Shown here: one piece after another, positions 61,730-64,000 of the stretch
Numbering within the stretch: position 1 is the stretch's first letter
Layout of the letters: each line of letters starts with the position of its first letter
Source of the DNA: an uncultured virus (IMG/VR IMGVR_UViG_2724679346_000005)
Lineage: Duplodnaviria > Heunggongvirae > Uroviricota > Caudoviricetes
Virus record (IMG/VR): IMGVR_UViG_2724679346_000005
DNA length: 64,000 bases
Reading direction: 5' to 3' (one strand)
The notes under the pieces: generated by a model
Database searches by the model: none
What the model saw: the letters and a program-made list of their open reading frames with translations, nothing else
What the model was told of the DNA's origin: nothing
Translations under genes and position numbers: made by a program

Positions 61730-62544
61730 AACGCATTTTCTCCCCGCTGAAATGGGCCGGTTCCAAAGGCCGTATTATGCCAACCTTGCGCCAACATCTG
61801 CCCGCTGGAAAGCGTCTGGTCGAGCCGTTCGCCGGTTCCTGTTCCGTCATGCTGAATACTGACTATGACGAGTATCTCATTGCTGATATTAACGACGATT
61901 TAATTAATTTCTATCAGCAATTACAGCGGGATTGCGAGAGCATCATTGTTCTTGCAAAAGAGCTTTTCAAATTTGATAACAGTGAAGCGAATTATTATTC
62001 GAATCGTCAACATTTCAATGAACGCGAGTTAAGTGACGAGTACCGCGCCGCAATATTCTTATACTTAAACCGCCATTGTCATGGTGGTATTTGCCGTTAT
62101 AACCAAAAGGGTGAATTCAACGTTCCCTACGGAAGATATAAAGCGCCCTATTTCCCCGAAGCTGAGATCCGTTATTTCGCTGAGAAATCCCAAAAGGCCA
62201 CGTTTGTATGCTGTGACTTTTTCGAAGCGCTAACCATGACTATGCCGGGCGACGTGGTTTATTGCGATCCCCCTTACATTCCAACATCCGCTACCGCAGA
62301 TTTCACCAGTTACCATACAGGCGGTTTTAGTTCTAATGAGCAATTTTGGTTATCGGAAATACTCACGATCATAGCGGATCAAGGTTGCCACGTTATTGCA
62401 TCGAACAGCGATACCCCACACGGCCGCTATCTTTACGAAAGTTTTGATATTCACAGCATTACCGCCCCCCGCTCTGCCAGTTGCAAAGCTGATGGCCGTA
62501 AGGCGGTAGGTGAAATTATTGCAACCTTGAGGGCTGCAATATGA
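61726..62544 (+). CDS. dam: Dam-family DNA adenine methyltransferase
   Basis: LKWAGSK, EPFAGS, DPPY. Confidence 0.92.
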   Translation: MKRIFSPLKWAGSKGRIMPTLRQHLPAGKRLVEPFAGSCSVMLNTDYDEYLIADINDDLINFYQQLQRDCESIIVLAKELFKFDNSEANYYSNRQHFNERELSDEYRAAIFLYLNRHCHGGICRYNQKGEFNVPYGRYKAPYFPEAEIRYFAEKSQKATFVCCDFFEALTMTMPGDVVYCDPPYIPTSATADFTSYHTGGFSSNEQFWLSEILTIIADQGCHVIASNSDTPHGRYLYESFDIHSITAPRSASCKADGRKAVGEIIATLRAAI

Positions 62545-62632
62545 CCAAGGGTGCTTCGACGGCGGAAGCGTTCATAAGGGCGTACTTAGCCACGCCACTG
62601 TGGATAGGTATTGATCTGGCTGGTATTGCTGA

Positions 62633-64000
62633 ATGACCACGCATTCCCGTGGCCGCATCACCCCAGCTCCACCGCTGCCTTATCCGGGCAGCGGTGATGT
62701 TTCTATTAAATGGGATCATCCGTGGAATGCCCCGCGCCCCGCGATTGGTGGTCACCAATCTTTAGTGCCGGCCGCAGTGGTAGCAAAACCAAAATCTCAC
62801 CCGCTGGTTATCCGTTACGTAAAACGCCTGAATGCGCTGGGCTATACCGAGCTACGGGAGCCTAACCTCACATTGCTTAAGATTCGTAAGGAGCGCGCCG
62901 CGCTTGAGCGCCAGATCTATTTGAGGGACAAGCAACAATGGGCGGATTCACCGCAAGGTGTAGAAGCCCGCATTGATCAGCAACCTATATTTATTAAGTC
63001 CCACTTTCAAAATAAAATTAGATGGTTACGTGAAAATCATGGTGATAAACATACCAATGCATTCTTAACCGGTACCGGCAAGAATGCATTGTTACGTCTG
63101 GATGCCGTGCGCCAATACCAAGGCGTTAGCCAGGGTCGTATTTCTGAGTTAATGGCCTATTTTCAGGGTATCTATAGTCACCTTGCCGAACTGAACAAGC
63201 GCCGGGTCAAGTCGCTGGCGAGTGAGGTAGCTGGCCGTATTAATGAAATGTTCTGCACTGAGGTATCAACACCCACCGAAGAAACCCGTATTTTATCTGA
63301 TGCCGAGTTATTGACCATTTATCGCAATATTGCGCTTGAGGTGTGGTCTTTACGGGTCAGGCCGCCGCACTGGCGCGAGTTGGGGCCGAAGCCCAATCAA
63401 CCAGATGAACCAGTAGATCGCACGGTCTACTATTCCGCTATTGCCCGATCGATTAACCCCGATTGGTGGGAGCGTAAATTGTGGCGACTGCGTAATGATT
63501 GGCGAGAAAGCCAGTTACGCGCCGCTGGCTTGATCCACAAGCGTGCCGCACCCTATGTCAGTAAAGAGGCATTGGCCGACTGGATAGAGCAAAAACGCCG
63601 TAATCGCGAATTCTTCAAGCGACATGAATTAGTTGATGATGAGGGTAACACCGTTTCTTTAGAGGCGATGGTGGATGCCTGTATCAGCAATCCAACGATA
63701 CGCCGCCATGAATTAATGGCTCGCATGCAAGGGATCGAACTGGTTGCACAGTCGCGTGGGGATGTTGGGGTGTTTTACACCATCACTTGCCCATCTAAAT
63801 ACCACGCCAACAACCAAAGCGGCCACGCTAACCCGAAGTGGAATCACAGCACGCCACCACAGGCACAAGCCTATCTTACAAAGTTATGGGCCAATATCGG
63901 ATCCAAGCTAGGCCGTGAAAATCTGCGCGTTTATGGTTTCCGTGTCGCTGAACCGCATCATGACGGTACACCGCACTGGCACTTGTTGTTATTCATGAAG
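62633..64000 (+). CDS. A: Rolling-circle replication endonuclease A, partial
   Basis: Own translation: PWNAPR N-terminus, TITCPSKYH, EPHHDGTPHWH HUH motif; open to window end. Confidence 0.9.
   Translation, partial: MTTHSRGRITPAPPLPYPGSGDVSIKWDHPWNAPRPAIGGHQSLVPAAVVAKPKSHPLVIRYVKRLNALGYTELREPNLTLLKIRKERAALERQIYLRDKQQWADSPQGVEARIDQQPIFIKSHFQNKIRWLRENHGDKHTNAFLTGTGKNALLRLDAVRQYQGVSQGRISELMAYFQGIYSHLAELNKRRVKSLASEVAGRINEMFCTEVSTPTEETRILSDAELLTIYRNIALEVWSLRVRPPHWRELGPKPNQPDEPVDRTVYYSAIARSINPDWWERKLWRLRNDWRESQLRAAGLIHKRAAPYVSKEALADWIEQKRRNREFFKRHELVDDEGNTVSLEAMVDACISNPTIRRHELMARMQGIELVAQSRGDVGVFYTITCPSKYHANNQSGHANPKWNHSTPPQAQAYLTKLWANIGSKLGRENLRVYGFRVAEPHHDGTPHWHLLLFMK

Larger units (their letters stand above)
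54246..64000. mobile_element. P2/186-like prophage, left arm (att-int-C-cox-early genes-A), continues past window
   Basis: Gene content and order. Confidence 0.92.

Noticed and set aside
62541..62636. 31-aa ORF bridging dam and A
   Set aside because: Overlaps both neighbours neatly but is too short to support without conservation data

Overview
Draft-scaffold window (N gaps at 42076-42149, 47172-47192, 49436-49793, 54244-54245) from an enterobacterial chromosome; the pgsA/uvrC/uvrY proteins look Yersinia-like. 1-42075 is an almost complete ~42 kb temperate prophage with lambdoid control (cI/cro/YdaT-like, Q, holin-SAR endolysin-Rz/Rz1) and a contractile tail. Its accessory genes are phd-doc, a Ser/Thr kinase + PP2C pair, an HsdR_N-type nuclease behind cI, a C5 methyltransferase and a Pol III theta-like gene. 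42150-49435 and 54246-64000 are the right (FI-ogr) and left (att-int-C-cox-...-A) arms of P2/186-like prophage DNA associated with tRNA-Leu(TAA). They flank the core leuZ-cysT-glyW-pgsA-uvrC-uvrY-yecF block, and the scaffold order is probably wrong. Best leads: (1) an unannotated 56-aa CsrA-like ORF (40226-40396) with a dispersed RBS-overlapping motif GAGGCAAGACCA, upstream GACCA-loop hairpins at several phage gene starts, and start-codon-less copies in the pL leader, suggesting a phage-private Csr-like translational regulon; (2) a XerC/XerD (dif/cer-like) site between terS and terL; (3) the kinase-phosphatase moron. All family assignments are by eye from motifs and gene order, not database searches.
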